A DNA stretch of 64,000 nucleotides. Origin: Adineta vaga (taxonomy: Eukaryota; Animalia; Rotifera). A program made the position numbers and the translations under genes. Below the pieces are notes generated by a model. The model was not told the DNA's origin and searched no databases. It worked only from the letters and a program-made list of their open reading frames with translations. Below, piece by piece: positions 26,261 through 39,114 of the stretch (positions are counted from its first letter, which is position 1; every line of letters starts with the position of its first letter). Location of the stretch: the NCBI GenBank assembly GCA_021613535.1, contig CP075492.1, forward strand, positions 806,001-870,000, given 5' to 3'.

Positions 26261-27435
26261 TCAAATTATAAAACAAGCTATGTTTGAAAACGAAAATGTA
26301 TATGCAGTAAAATAATGAAAGAAGAAAGAAGTTTTCGTATTTCTCACATATACTATAGAGTTTTACTTTCTTTCGAAATAAATAGTTTAAAGATAAAAAT
26401 TACTCTGTATAGTTTATCGAGCTTATCGTATTATGTCTTTTCGTATATTTTGTTTTTCTTTTCTGGATTTATCAATATTCTTGATTGTGAATATATGAAT
26501 AATATTTTTCTTCTTATATACTATGTAAAATTATGTGACATTTCTATTCTGTAACTTTGGATATAAATGTGTATGTTTGTTCTTTATAAATAACTTCTAA
26601 TCTTTTAACAAAGATCCTCTATTACAAAACGTTTTAGTAAAAACTAGTTTTTGACGATCTACAGTTTGAAGGTCCAAAGTGATTATTGTGAATAGCGACC
26701 GTCAGACGTTTGATTAGGTTTTTTTAAAAGCGCAGTTCTTAACAGTTTTCAGGAAAAAAACTAATTCAGTCTGCTGGTAGTTTATTACTTCTGTCTTATA
26801 ATATCAATATCTATTTTATATTTCTATGCTACTTGGAAATATGATAATCTATCTATTTAATGTTAAAAATTCTTTTCATAAAGAAAGAAATATAAGTATT
26901 ATATATTACTAAAACTCTGATAACTTTATAAATATTTCTAATTAACTTATGATAAAACTGAATCTTTCTCGAATTTATTACAACGACTATATATTTATGA
27001 TAAACTATGTCTATATAAGTTATAAAATCTTATTTATCGCTCATAGTTATAAATATTAAAATATTGACATACCTTTTTGTGATAAAACCATGCCTGACGG
27101 AATTTGCAGATGTATTAGAATATTTTTCTATTAAGAAGTCTAAATACTGGTATCCTTTACTATTGAAATTTAGCATATGTTCATCTATATGTTAAAATAT
27201 TTTCATGTTGTAGGAAGATAATAAGTTTAGTTTTAGTCAATGAAAAAATGTTCCTTTATCTAACTACAATTTTTATGCAAAAAGTTGTAATATAATACAA
27301 TTTAAGAATGAGGAATGTATTTCACATTGTATTTTTTCTTATAAATAATCGTACTTCTCTCTCTCTCTCTCTTGATTCTTATTGGTCCACGAAAGAAGGA
27401 TCGATTTTGTAATGTTAATATCGAACAGAGGTTGT

Positions 27436-28461
27436 TTATGTAGGTAATAGACGAATACGACTATGTTGTTCACGAAGAATAACATGTAATTGCCAAGGAA
27501 ATGGACAGTTATTAATATCTACCTCCAATTCATATTTTGAAAAATTCATTTCATTTATCATCACAATTTTCCGATTTTCACAATTGAGAAACAATGTAAT
27601 TATATCATTTGTATTCATCTGTATAGGTGTATTTGTCTTATTGGATTGATATGATCCATTTGAATATATATAATTCTTATTACACCATCCATATAACGAT
27701 TTAGATAAATACGATGCTTTTTGTATTGGAATTGATTTTGATTGAATGCCCAAAAATGTCCATTGACTTCGTGGATGTTCAATTTTTAGGGTAATCTTTT
27801 GTAAACCGACTCCATAAAAGTTTTTCCCTCGTATACCACTATATCTTGTGATATAATTTACAGCCACAGCTACCTCTCCATCCTCCTCTATCCGCACATC
27901 ATTGTCAAGAGGATAGTCGAATAATTCATGTCCTGTCTGTAAAAGACTAATTGAAACGTCGGATACTAATGGAATATTGTCATTTTGATTAATGAAAATA
28001 GTTGTTGGTAAAATAACATTTGATCTTAGATAATCAAGTTTCTTTTTCCAATGACCAAGATTTGTTTCAATGAAATCATCTTGTTCTTTGGCTTTTTGTA
28101 ATTGTTCAGCTAGAGAATGAAGTTTTTCTGATAGATCTTTGGTATGATCATCTATGAGTCGCGATAATTCATGTTGTAATTCTGCTGCTTTATGTTGAAT
28201 TTTTTCAATTGTTTTTATTTCCCAATCATGAATTTGTTGTATAGCTGATGCTATATTCGGATTGGAAGATTCTTCAATAAGAATACTCTTAAAATCATTA
28301 TAATCACTAAAGATTGTATTTAGTTCTTCATTCAATGAATAACGATGATCATTAAAATGTTTAGTACAAAATGTTTGTAAGCATCCTGCACAATGAGCTA
28401 TACCAGCTTGCTTACAATCATCACCTTTTTCACATTGTTTTCGTGGTGAAGAAGATGCCAT
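27436..28461 (-). CDS. B-box-like, coiled-coil, B30.2/SPRY protein (RING-less TRIM-like)
   Basis: HCAGCLQTFCTKHFNDHR; heptad region; SPRY-type C-terminus (WTFLGI, LYGW, NDIITLFLNCENRKI, FPWQLHVIL); intact 341 aa. Confidence 0.8.
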   Translation of the reverse strand: MASSSPRKQCEKGDDCKQAGIAHCAGCLQTFCTKHFNDHRYSLNEELNTIFSDYNDFKSILIEESSNPNIASAIQQIHDWEIKTIEKIQHKAAELQHELSRLIDDHTKDLSEKLHSLAEQLQKAKEQDDFIETNLGHWKKKLDYLRSNVILPTTIFINQNDNIPLVSDVSISLLQTGHELFDYPLDNDVRIEEDGEVAVAVNYITRYSGIRGKNFYGVGLQKITLKIEHPRSQWTFLGIQSKSIPIQKASYLSKSLYGWCNKNYIYSNGSYQSNKTNTPIQMNTNDIITLFLNCENRKIVMINEMNFSKYELEVDINNCPFPWQLHVILREQHSRIRLLPT

Positions 28462-28788
28462 AATAATGATTTAATAAAGTATCTGAAAACAACAAAATGC
28501 ATTCAAAAAAACTGACATCACCTGCAATTTTTAGACAAAACATCACTTATCTTATCCATGATGTTTTGCTTTCTAATAATGGATGTTATCAGCAGCAAAA
28601 AAGGCTATGATGTTAAATACCAACATCGTGAGGAGATGAATGTGAAAAGTAAACAGGTATCGAAGTAGTGTGTTGTTACATGATTTAGCAGTTTTCTGCG
28701 CTTTACGATTACGACATTATCAAGAACAGTGACGATAAAAGGTAAACGACGAAATTATCTTTTACTGTGTTGTATTTAGTAACGTGAA

Positions 28789-29798
28789 ATGGCAGTGGTA
28801 AATATCTCAGCGAAAACTTATAAGTATAAATAATGATATAATCTATTTAGAAAGAGAAACCAAAATTGAGCTTTGTTGAAAATTTTGCACTCAGTGGTGT
28901 TGCTGCTGTTGTCTCCAAAACAGCTGCAGCTCCTATTGAGCGTGTTAAATTACTCAGACAAACTGAACCAGAATTATTAAAACAAGGTATTATCGATCGA
29001 CCCTACGCCAGTGTTATTGATTGTACAGTACGAACATTTAAAAATGAAGGTTTATTATCATTCTGGCGAGGAAATTTAGCTAATTGTATTCGATACTTTC
29101 CCACCCAAGTATGCTATGAAGAAGAAAACAAAGGTTTCTAATGAAATAAATATGTCATTTTTCTTTTAGGCTTTGAATTTTGCCTTCAAAGATAAAATTA
29201 AAGCGATGTTTAAAAAAAATAAAAACGATCCATATTTAGTTGAACTCTCGAAAAATGTTGCTAGTGGTGGTGTAGCGGGTGCATTATCATTATGTTTTGT
29301 TTATTCACTTGATTATGCTCGTACACGTTTAGCTAATGATCTTAAAAATACGAAAAAAATTGGTAGTGAACGTCAATATAAAGGTCTTATTGATGTTTAT
29401 AAAAAAACGTTCGCTACCGATGGTATTGCTGGTCTTTATCGTGGTTTTGTTATTTTGGTTTTTATAATACATTGAAAGAACCTTTACTTGGTTCAAATCC
29501 TGATCTATTTCTTTTATTTTTACATGGTTATGGTGTTACAGTTACATCTGGTCTTATTTCATATCCAGTTGATACTATTCGACGACGTATGATGATGACA
29601 TCAGGACAAGCTGTTAAATATAAAGGATTAATCGATTGTATGCTTCATATTATCCGTAATGATGGTGTCATTTCATTATTTAAAGGAGCTGGTGCTAATA
29701 TTCTAATAGGTATTGCTGGTGCTGGTGTCTTAGCTGGTTTTGATAAACTTGTACAAGTTTATACTGGTATCAAAGTTGACACTAGTAGTAGTGGTTAA
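28789..29798 (+). pseudogene. ANT: Mitochondrial ADP/ATP carrier (SLC25/AAC) with a frameshifting internal deletion
   Basis: Exons 28789-28797, 28851-29108, 29170-29798. [33 protein letters not shown] and the RRRMMM signature are present. About 12 aa (SCVGIIVYRGxY-like) are missing near 29455, with a frame change. Confidence 0.88.
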
Positions 29799-30125
29799 TA
29801 ATAAAATTATTTTTTTTTTGAGCATTGTATAATCCGAGAATTTGTTTGTGTCTAAATAAGAAATAAAAAAAGGAAAAGGAAGAAGAATGAATAATCTTGA
29901 GGGTGTGAGTAAAGAAAAGGATATTACCCTCACCCTTTCTGGGTTATTCTCTTATCCTTTTCTCTTCAGAACATTGAAAAACACTAGTCAATGTCATGAA
30001 TCATTTGTTATTGTAACGAAAATGTAAAAAATTTCCATATGAAATTGATCAACCTTATATAAACAGAACAGAAAAGGCACATTTTGTTTCACAATTTAAA
30101 AATTCTTCTCGTTACAACGTTGAAA

Positions 30126-31700
30126 ATGTTCTTTGAGTTTTTACCCAATGAAATTTTAATTGAATGCTTCGAATATTTCAATGCTATTGATTTATTTTAT
30201 TCATTTGATCAATTAAATCATCGTTTTAATTCACTTATTCGAACTATTCCATTATGTTTAACTTTTGAAAATCTTGACGATAAATTTTTATGTGATCAAT
30301 TTTCTATGAAAATGTCAATGGATAAAACAATTAAACAACAAATTTATTCATTAAATTTATTCAATGAAGAAACATCTTATCCAATTCATTATTTTCTTTC
30401 AAAATTTTCACTTTTAGAATTTTCTAATCTTTGTTCTTTATCTTTGAATGGTATAACAAAAAACAATTGGAGAGATCTTCAATCAATATTACCACAAATA
30501 TCTAAATTATCTGCTTTTCGAGTGAACAGATGTGATTTACAGAATATTGATTTCATATCTACATTACCAATATCACAATTACAAACATTATTCATTCCTC
30601 AATCAATTTCAAAATCAATTTTAAATTCCTCACTTATTTATTTAACTATTTCTAAATGTAGTTTAAATGTATTATTTGATCTGTTGAATAATACATCACA
30701 ACTCCAGTACTTAAAAATCAAACTCGTTAAGTATGACAATTCAAACACAATAACAAAAAGTATCAATTATAATAATAACCATGCTAGTTATCTCAAAACA
30801 TTAATTATTGATGGATTTCAATGTGAAATCAATGATCTTATGACCCTTTTACAACAAACATCAAATTTAGAAAAGTTCACAATACGATATTATACAGATG
30901 GAAGTATTATCGATGCAAATAGATGGGAATATTTAATAAAAAATTACTTATCACATTTAAAAATTTTCAAATTTGAATTTAAATTCTTTAATTCAACGAA
31001 CATTGATGAAACAATTTTAAAAGAATTTCAAAATGATTTTTGGTCTAATCAACATCATTGGTATACAGAATATTTTATAGGAGAACATCTGTCAGGATCA
31101 ATTTATACTATTCCATATCCATCGAATAAATTTGAGATTGGATTATTTAATATGGATACAACAAGATATCAGAATGGATTAATCAATTCTATAAATACAT
31201 TTGATAATGTCAAAGAGTTGACAATTGATGTTCGAATGTTTACAGAAAATAATGAATATTATTTTTCTAATATTAATTCATTAACATGTGAAGATCCATA
31301 TACAATGCCCAGATATTATACTGTAATAACATATTCAAGTTTCAAAACTATCCAAATAATGGTCAATTTATCAAGTTTGAAGCATTTATCTATTGGTGAT
31401 TCACAATTTGAAACATCAGATATATTTAAAGAAATATTTCAATCTGCAAAACATTTATCATCATTAGAAATTTCATTACCTTATTTAATTAGTCTATTCG
31501 AAGATATTGAATTATGTCAATATTTAAGTAAATCTATTACAAAGTTGGTTACAACTGATCGTTCAATTGAAAAATTTGATGATTTAGAAGAGTTTTGTAA
31601 AGTATTTGTTAATCTTAAACAACTTCAATGTTCTTTAAATGAATCAGAGATTTTATTTTTAATTAAACATTTACCTAAATTAAAAATATATAAATACTGA
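30126..31700 (+). CDS. F-box plus degenerate LRR protein (intronless; extreme C-terminus may be frameshifted)
   Basis: MFFEFLPNEILIECFEYF...FDQLNHRF F-box; LxxLxI repeats; IDANRWE...LKIFKF; IYTIPY. Out-of-frame LSIWI-like tail near 31810. Confidence 0.85.
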   Translation: MFFEFLPNEILIECFEYFNAIDLFYSFDQLNHRFNSLIRTIPLCLTFENLDDKFLCDQFSMKMSMDKTIKQQIYSLNLFNEETSYPIHYFLSKFSLLEFSNLCSLSLNGITKNNWRDLQSILPQISKLSAFRVNRCDLQNIDFISTLPISQLQTLFIPQSISKSILNSSLIYLTISKCSLNVLFDLLNNTSQLQYLKIKLVKYDNSNTITKSINYNNNHASYLKTLIIDGFQCEINDLMTLLQQTSNLEKFTIRYYTDGSIIDANRWEYLIKNYLSHLKIFKFEFKFFNSTNIDETILKEFQNDFWSNQHHWYTEYFIGEHLSGSIYTIPYPSNKFEIGLFNMDTTRYQNGLINSINTFDNVKELTIDVRMFTENNEYYFSNINSLTCEDPYTMPRYYTVITYSSFKTIQIMVNLSSLKHLSIGDSQFETSDIFKEIFQSAKHLSSLEISLPYLISLFEDIELCQYLSKSITKLVTTDRSIEKFDDLEEFCKVFVNLKQLQCSLNESEILFLIKHLPKLKIYKY

Positions 31701-32363
31701 TCAATTCTCCGAAACGTATTTAATGATCTGGAATGAACGAAAACTCGAAATACCTGATTTAGATATAATTTATGATTTGAATAGTGATAAGAATAACAAT
31801 GATTTATCGATATGGATCAATCGAAATACGAATATTAATTAATCTTTTATTTAATCAAGACTCATGTAGTTAAGAAAAATATTTGAAATAAAAGAAAAAG
31901 AATTTCATAATTATTTCGAAATATATTCTATACATAGAATCAGAAAGACATGTCTAAGAATATATACGTCTGATCGCTATATACGTGTAGGAGGAGAAAT
32001 GATTATATTTTCAAATTTAATTTCAGATCGTTTTCAACAATTTCAAATTTTAATTAATGAATATGTTGAATTGCTTATTAAAAGATACAGAATCTAACTC
32101 ATGCGAATTGGAATTAGTTAATATGATCTTCAATAAAATATTATCAATATGTCATTCAGTTCGATTTATTTCAAAATTGAGTTGCATTCATCTTTGACAA
32201 TAGTTCAAAAAACATGATATCCGAATGATAGAATTTAATTTTGTTAAAAACAAAAGTATTAATTTCAAGAGATTAATTGGAATCCTATATATATGGTAAT
32301 CTATATTCACGATATTCGAAATCAATTGATTATTTTTCTCTTCTTAAGAATAAAAAAAATACA

Positions 32364-33576
32364 ATGAAGATTGTTATTTTCCTTACATTCGATTTATTTC
32401 TCCTGGCTTTTGGAATTCCAGTCAGTATTTTACTTTTTTGGTTTTTGATTTTTTTCATGATAGAGTTTATTTAGATATCTCCACCAGTAATAGATGTCTC
32501 ATCATCGGCTAATAAGAAAAACAGTAATCCTGCAGAATTTGGTATGTATTATATTATTAACTATAAGAAGGCTATATCGAACTTTCTTCTGTAGAAAATA
32601 TTTATTTCATAAAAACAAGTTATAAATACAGTTGTTTTATAATCGTTAATATCTTCTCTAGATAATGGTTCTGGGGACGATATGCTGTTTCCTGTGGCGT
32701 TGCCTATAATCAAGTAAATAAATGGCCTAATGGAATTGTCCCCTACGACGTTTCTGCTATCACAAGTAAGTTCAGAGTAAGATTTACAGTTCTAAGTGTC
32801 TTATTCTGTTTCTATTTTAGATGCAGCAGATCGCCTAATGATTGAAAATGCCACGCATCATATTATGTATGACACCGGTTCTCCTATTGCAAATTCAGTA
32901 TCACGCAATAGTTGCGTTCATTTTCGACCACGTGTAGGTAGTGATACTACTTATGTAACTATTGTGTACGGACAAGGATGTAATGCACATGTAAGTAATA
33001 ATTAAAGATCAACGTATATCTTTTAGTATTACTATTAAATAGGCTGGTTATTGGCCTAAATATCCATTAAAATTAACATTGCAGAAAGATGCACAAGCAA
33101 ACTGTTTTACCAATGGCGTTATACAACATGAACTATTACATGTTCTTGGTAAGTAATATATTTTAAACGATTTACTTTATTTTCTTTCTTTGAATAGGTT
33201 TTAAGCATGAACATCAACGACCTGATCGTGACAATCATGTTCAAATTAATTATGCAAATATTGATTCACAATGGGTATTACACAATAAGCGATAATATCT
33301 CACTAATCCATTACTATAAGATAAAACTTAACTGTAGGTGTTTTTTCTTTTTTGTAGCATTATGCTTTCGATAAACAAGTATGGGGTACAACAGCAGTTG
33401 ATTTAAAAACTAATTATGATTATGGTTCAATTATGCACTATGGAAAAGATTATTTCTCCAAAAATGGTTTACCAACCATAGTTCCCAAACAAGCCAACGT
33501 TCAAATTGGTAATCGTGAAAAACTTAGTCCTGTTGATATACTTGAAGTGCGTCAATTTTATGGATGTAAAGCTTAA
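32364..33576 (+). pseudogene. Astacin (M12A) metalloprotease, 7 exons, apparent frameshift in the propeptide
   Basis: Signal MKIVIFLTFDLFLLAFG; KWPNGIVPY; HELLHVLGFKHEHQRPDRD zinc motif across an intron; SIMHY Met-turn. GDDMLFP and GVAYNQ lie in different frames near 32690. Confidence 0.8.
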
Positions 33577-34063
33577 TGAGATAAGATGCTTGTTATTCTA
33601 AAAGAATTGAAAAGCAATAAATCTACTATAATATCTTTGAAATGAGTTTTCCTTAACAAGTCGTGATAGTAAAGAATATATAAAATAATTATGACGTGAG
33701 AGTGAACGATGAATATTTATAAGTAATGTAGAACATGCATGTTTCACGCACACTCTTCTGTGGATGGCGTGAGTTCTGAGAATTATATCGCTGTGAAAGA
33801 AATTAAATGTGCATTTTTAGATTTATCAATGACTGTCGACTGATTTAAATAAGTTGATACTCTCTTAAAAGCATCTATTAACATTCAACACTCATATCCA
33901 CACTTTGAGTATGGCGAGGTGGTACATGATGTATTAATGTTAAGAAAAATATCAGTTTGTAACAGTCAAGTTTTAGACAGCATCACGATTATGAATAATA
34001 TTTTTGTAGTATTATTTAAGCGAATTGTCTCTTTCTTGTAGCACTAACTACATTTTCAATAAT

Positions 34064-35329
34064 TTCAGCTCATCAGTAGTAATAGCGAGGTGATTATTAC
34101 ACTTATAAGTGTAAAGTGTTGATAGAGCAATATGGACGAGACTGATGTTGAATCTAAAATTAATTAGACATTAGAGAATACATAAGACTAGAATATTTAC
34201 TGTATATTAGTGTATTGGATGACATAACTGTCGTTATGTTTCGTTGTGAAACCGAACTTGAAGTTTGAGTGGTGGTTGGCGATGAGTTAGTTAATCTGTT
34301 CGTGGAAAACGATGTTGATCCGGTAGGTGAAAGCGTACTTGTGACACTGGTAGCCGTTGAAACTATTGACGTCGACACATTTGAGGATTAATAAAGTCTG
34401 GAAGTGCATGTCGCAAGATCAATATTACAGTTAGATGTTGTACAATAGCAAAAGCTCTCAGAAATTTGGTTGTCCACATAAGACGCGATAAAATTTCCTG
34501 GACCATAAGCAATTTGCCAGTATCTAGATCGATAAGTATGATCGATGGCGTACATATTCCCATACGGATTAACTGCAGCATCATACTCTTCCATGGTCAA
34601 TGGACTTCGCCAAGTAAAATTTGTTCGTGTAGTATAACTAACCATACACATAACCGTGTTTGAACTAAAATATGCCGAAAACAATGAATAACTGATATTA
34701 TACAAAAAGGCAGTATAGAGATTGAATTGGTAAAATCCATAAATAATGTAACTGTAATCATCGATACACGAAATCGGCTGGGAATAGCTTGAAATGAGAG
34801 GTGGCATGCGAGGTGGCGGATTTGTAGATGATTGTACCGATGATTGGCAAGTTGCCATATTCATATTGCAGAGGTGTGTGGAGTAAATGCATAGAGTCGA
34901 ACTAATAAAAGGCTCTTAGGATAATGAAGTACAAGGACCATAACCGATATCCGAAGATGGACTGAAACCTGTGCATCGAGTTTGACTCATGCGAATCCAA
35001 CCGTACTGTTTCGGATGATCAGTATTTGATCCGGAGCCACCAAGATTATATACCCATGACAAATCGACCCAAGGCGATTGGATAGGCTGTTGTACCATGA
35101 TGGTTTGTCCAGTAGCACTGATACCCACTAATATAACACAAAAACTATAAATGGGATACGGTATGAATACAAAACCCGTAGAGTTTCCTGTGCTAATTGT
35201 GGAATTGGCACAAGTAATGTTATTTATTGCATAGGTTGAGGTTAATGGCGACGCAAAAAAGCAATCGATGTCGATGGGTTTGTAGCCGACGATGATAAAC
35301 AGTATAGTGATAGTTGCATAGATATACAT
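34064..35329 (-). pseudogene. GPI-type surface protein (signal, two Ly6-like Cys domains, Ser/Thr stalk, hydrophobic tail) with two in-frame TAA
   Basis: ORFs 34916-35329, 34388-34864 and 34160-34378 are in one frame, separated by single TAAs. CIYSTHLCN and CYCTTSNCN motifs; short intron ~34200-34155, then STSVSSILLYQHFTLISVIITSLLLLMS*. Confidence 0.7.
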
Positions 35330-35914
35330 GTTCCTTCAGTTTCTTGTGCACAAGTTACGCTACTTTTTCGACGTCACTTTTATACCTTCTCAGACATACA
35401 AACAAATCGATCTCAATTTATCAACTTTCATTCTTTCTCTTCCGAGCACGTTTAAAGTGCATTTACAAACAGAATCTACCAAAATCTATCAACAACATAT
35501 TCTCAGCAAAAATACAAGAACATCATTGGAAATTTTAAACAGGGTATGACTGTTTTGTCTTCTCTGAGAAAAATTCCAACAGCCACACTACTATGCGCAC
35601 TCGCACAATTATAAACAATCTCGAACTCAAGATCGAAAGAAGATGTCTTTAATCTTCATATAGAGAAAAAAAGTGTTACTGACATTTCTTTGGATATGTC
35701 ACAAGTATACTGCATACAATGGTTTTTTTGCGCGGACAATAATTATTACAGACATCATTTTCATTAATGACGGTAAGAAAATGTAAACTATTTTATCTAT
35801 ATATTCTCATCAAAAGATACTTTAGAAATCATTCAGTCAATACCAGAAGAATTTAAATGTTTTTTTATTATCATCAACAAAAGAAGACAGTCTTTCTAAA
35901 CAATTATAATATTT

Positions 35915-36343
35915 TTATTTTGTGAGAATTAATTCGATTTGTTCAGCAATATTTGTTTCAATGATTAGATAAGTTTCATTATGAATTGTCATTTTTTGTA
36001 TATTTTCAATAAATTCAATAAATTTAATTTCTTTCTTTCGCAATTCATCGTTTGGAAAACCCATGAGTGTTGAAACACATCCAGAAGATTTACCTGGATT
36101 AGTAGAAGGATTTAATTTTACAAAACACCTTAAGTGGTTAACTACTGTTGCATCAATCGCAACGCCATCTAATGACTGATCATATCCAGTTTTAATCATA
36201 ATACCATTAAATCGAAGATATTGTGGAGATTTAACAATTGTCCAATTATCTACAACATTCATTAATGGTAATGATGAGACAATATGTCTTTGAGTAAAAT
36301 ATAATACTTGGAAGAAAAACAAAAGGCTTCTTATCTTGTTCAT
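35915..36343 (-). CDS. Small, probably secreted protein of unknown function
   Basis: Intact 142-aa ORF with hydrophobic N-terminus; frame conserved in the paralog (9-nt in-frame indel). Confidence 0.65.
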   Translation of the reverse strand: MNKIRSLLFFFQVLYFTQRHIVSSLPLMNVVDNWTIVKSPQYLRFNGIMIKTGYDQSLDGVAIDATVVNHLRCFVKLNPSTNPGKSSGCVSTLMGFPNDELRKKEIKFIEFIENIQKMTIHNETYLIIETNIAEQIELILTK

Positions 36344-37143
36344 AATGTTAGTTATTTCGATGATTTATAGTTTAGACATGTGCATAAAACATTGCTCTTT
36401 TCGTGACAGAAAAAACAAAGAAGAAATATTCATTGTTGAAAATTGATCAATTACAATATGAAATATCTATAGATGGCAGTATATAGAAAACAAATTGTTC
36501 TTTATGAATGAGACGATAAAAAGATAGACACTTTTAGAATATTAAAACGTCTTGGTCGCATTCGGGACGCTGAAAGTGTACGGAACGTATTACTTGTCAT
36601 ATTTCATGTTTCAATTACTCAGGTTACATAGCTGGAAAAAACCGAATACTTCTTACGCTTGTTTGTGCATTCCTACACAGAAGAGATTATATATAAAGAA
36701 CGACATGAATAGATATTTCATTACTTACGATTATTAGCATCTATAAACAATGAAATGACTCTTATATTATTTGTATTCATCGTTTTGATAGTCTTTATGA
36801 GAGAAGACAATATCCAAAATGTCAGCGCTGATTCATATTTATAACAGCAGTACAAGCATTATGTTGGTACTGGAAGTGTTGTTATGTGTACAGGTTTTTC
36901 TGCAAGTAACTTTTGAAAGATCTCTTGTTTTTTTAATAAATATCTTTGAATCTGAAATCATAATATTTCAAATGTTTTTTGATGAAAACCTTTTGATACA
37001 ATCAAATATAAGTAGAAATTAATATCTATTGGCACAAAATAGAGTAAAAAAGAGAATAAGGGTGCGGATGCGAGGGTATCTTTCTGATATGCATTCACAC
37101 TCATACCCTCAATAAAACAACAAAAGAAATTCAGTATAATTTA

Positions 37144-38094
37144 TCAAAACTGGACATGTATTTTTTCAAGAATAGATATATCATCTAAATCATCATCAAT
37201 GTTTTTCAATAGATCAGATGTTGTTTGATCTAACCATTCACATATTTTACTATTGATTTTTCCAACACATATATAACCATCTTTTTCCAGAACGTGTGCT
37301 GAAGCTGCTGATAAACTTATTCCATAAGAACGTTTGAAATTATAACGAGATTGAATATGTTCCATAACTAATGGACGAAACCATTTATACAAAACTTGAT
37401 TATAAAATTCAACTAATACACTACCAATAGATAAATATAAGATTTGATTTCTATTTTTAAGTAAATAATCAAGTTTTGTTTTATATATTATTGTTTCTTC
37501 TAAATACTTCATATATATGTTACGAGCTCCATCAATTAAGTTTACGATTATTTTCGATGTTGCATTTCCTATTGGACCACCTGATTTATCAACATCAAAT
37601 TGATCTCGCCGTAAATTAACTGCAACAATTTTATTAATATATTTGAATTTTGGATCTTCAGATGATAATTGTGTTTGACTTTCATTAGTTGGTTCATAAC
37701 GGATGTAATATAAAAGTGAAACTTCAGTATTGACAGCTTTATATATAAAATATTTCATCAATGGTTGAAATTCTTCTACATTGAAACCAAGTGCTTTATA
37801 AAGATGAATACGTGCCAAACTAATACAAACTACCCAAACAATTTCACTAATGAATTCGTCATCATTTCTTGTTCCATCAATATCTCGCTTCTAATGATAT
37901 AAAGCATAATCACCATTACGATGAATCAATTCTAATAGAAGAGAAAATATGACATTCCATATGCTTATTTGAAAGAAAAGCAACTCTAAGATAAGTTTCA
38001 ATTCAATATATCTCAATATTACTATTGATATGGAATTAACTATGCTATAGTTCTTACCACCGAATGTCGCAGATTGTTCCATTGTTGCTGACAT
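37144..38094 (-). pseudogene. Possible GNAT (AANAT-like) N-acetyltransferase with one in-frame TAG
   Basis: YALYH*KRDIDG (TAG 37893-37891) continues in frame into ORF 37818. ILYLSIGSV and SAASAHVLEKDGY resemble GNAT motifs A and B. Confidence 0.5.
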
Positions 38095-38753
38095 ATTTAT
38101 CTAGAATTTATTATATTATTGTCCTTTACAAAATGAAAAATCATGACGAAATCTCTAAAAGTGATTTTGCTTGAAAAATCAATCGTTTAAACTAAAATCC
38201 AATATTCTATTGTTTTTTTCCGCATGATTGATTTCTTATCATATATCATCAATAGACAATAGTTAAGACATTAAACCGATAGATAAAAAACTATATAGAT
38301 GGCGCATCTTTACATACGTTTTCAAAATAGAATAAAATATGTTTGAGGGTGCATGTGAGTATGCTCTCATCATTAACCTATCCTACAATTACTAGTCCTA
38401 ATTAATACTATTTTAAAGGAGAAAAGAAGAAAATTATTTTCCCAATTTTATTTCAAAATAAATACACAAAAGAGGGTGAGATTGTGGGTGTGATGTGAGT
38501 ATGGATCATGGATAAAAGAATTCCCTCATCCACACCATTACACACTAAAGAATAGTTATATTAAAGAAATAATGTGTTTTTATAGAACTTATGAGTGATT
38601 ACAAGAGAATGTGAATGTGAACGGTGGTTAAATTGATTATTTATGATTAGAAATAAAACGAGAGTCAATATATAGTATATATGCCCTAAAGAGGCAAGAT
38701 AGCTATAGGATGTCAATTTTTCCGAATAGCATAAGAGAAAAGAAAAGGAATTT

Positions 38754-39100
38754 TTATTGTCGATAAGTTCGCCAACGAGCAATAGTCAAAGATTGTTTGA
38801 ATGCTTTCATATAGATTTCTGAAGGATAAACAAATATGATAAAAATAAGTACTGATGGAGTAAATGAAATAAAATAAGCTGATAGATATATCCATAATTT
38901 TTCTGATATTTTAATACATCCAGGAAGTAATGCAATTATTAAACGTGGTGATGATAAAATAAGTAAAACAATAGGACTTATGATTAATTGTTTATGTTCA
39001 ATCAATTGTGTTCGGACATGATCTTTATATTTTTGATCTTTTTGAGTTTTTGATCGTTGTCGAGTAGCACCAAAGATAATGAATAGAGCTGAACGACAAT
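38754..39100 (-). pseudogene. 3' fragment (TM5-TM7) of a GPCR-like gene
   Basis: HKQLIISPIVLLILSSPRLII, YLSAYFISFTPSVLIFIIFVYPSEIYMKAF; 5' side replaced by the ART duplicate. Confidence 0.7.
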
Positions 39101-39114
39101 CAAAACAAAAACTG

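Larger units (their letters stand above)
33347..36505 (+). repeat. Segmental duplication, copy 1 (direct repeat; copy 2 at 52503-55662)
   Basis: Near-identical sequence at an offset of ~19,155 bp; identical ORF sets in the track. Confidence 0.97.

Noticed and set aside
28789-29798. Fungal/plant-like ANT ([12 protein letters not shown] insert) as horizontal transfer
   Set aside because: As I recall, this AAC subtype also occurs in other invertebrates; it cannot be called foreign without a phylogeny.
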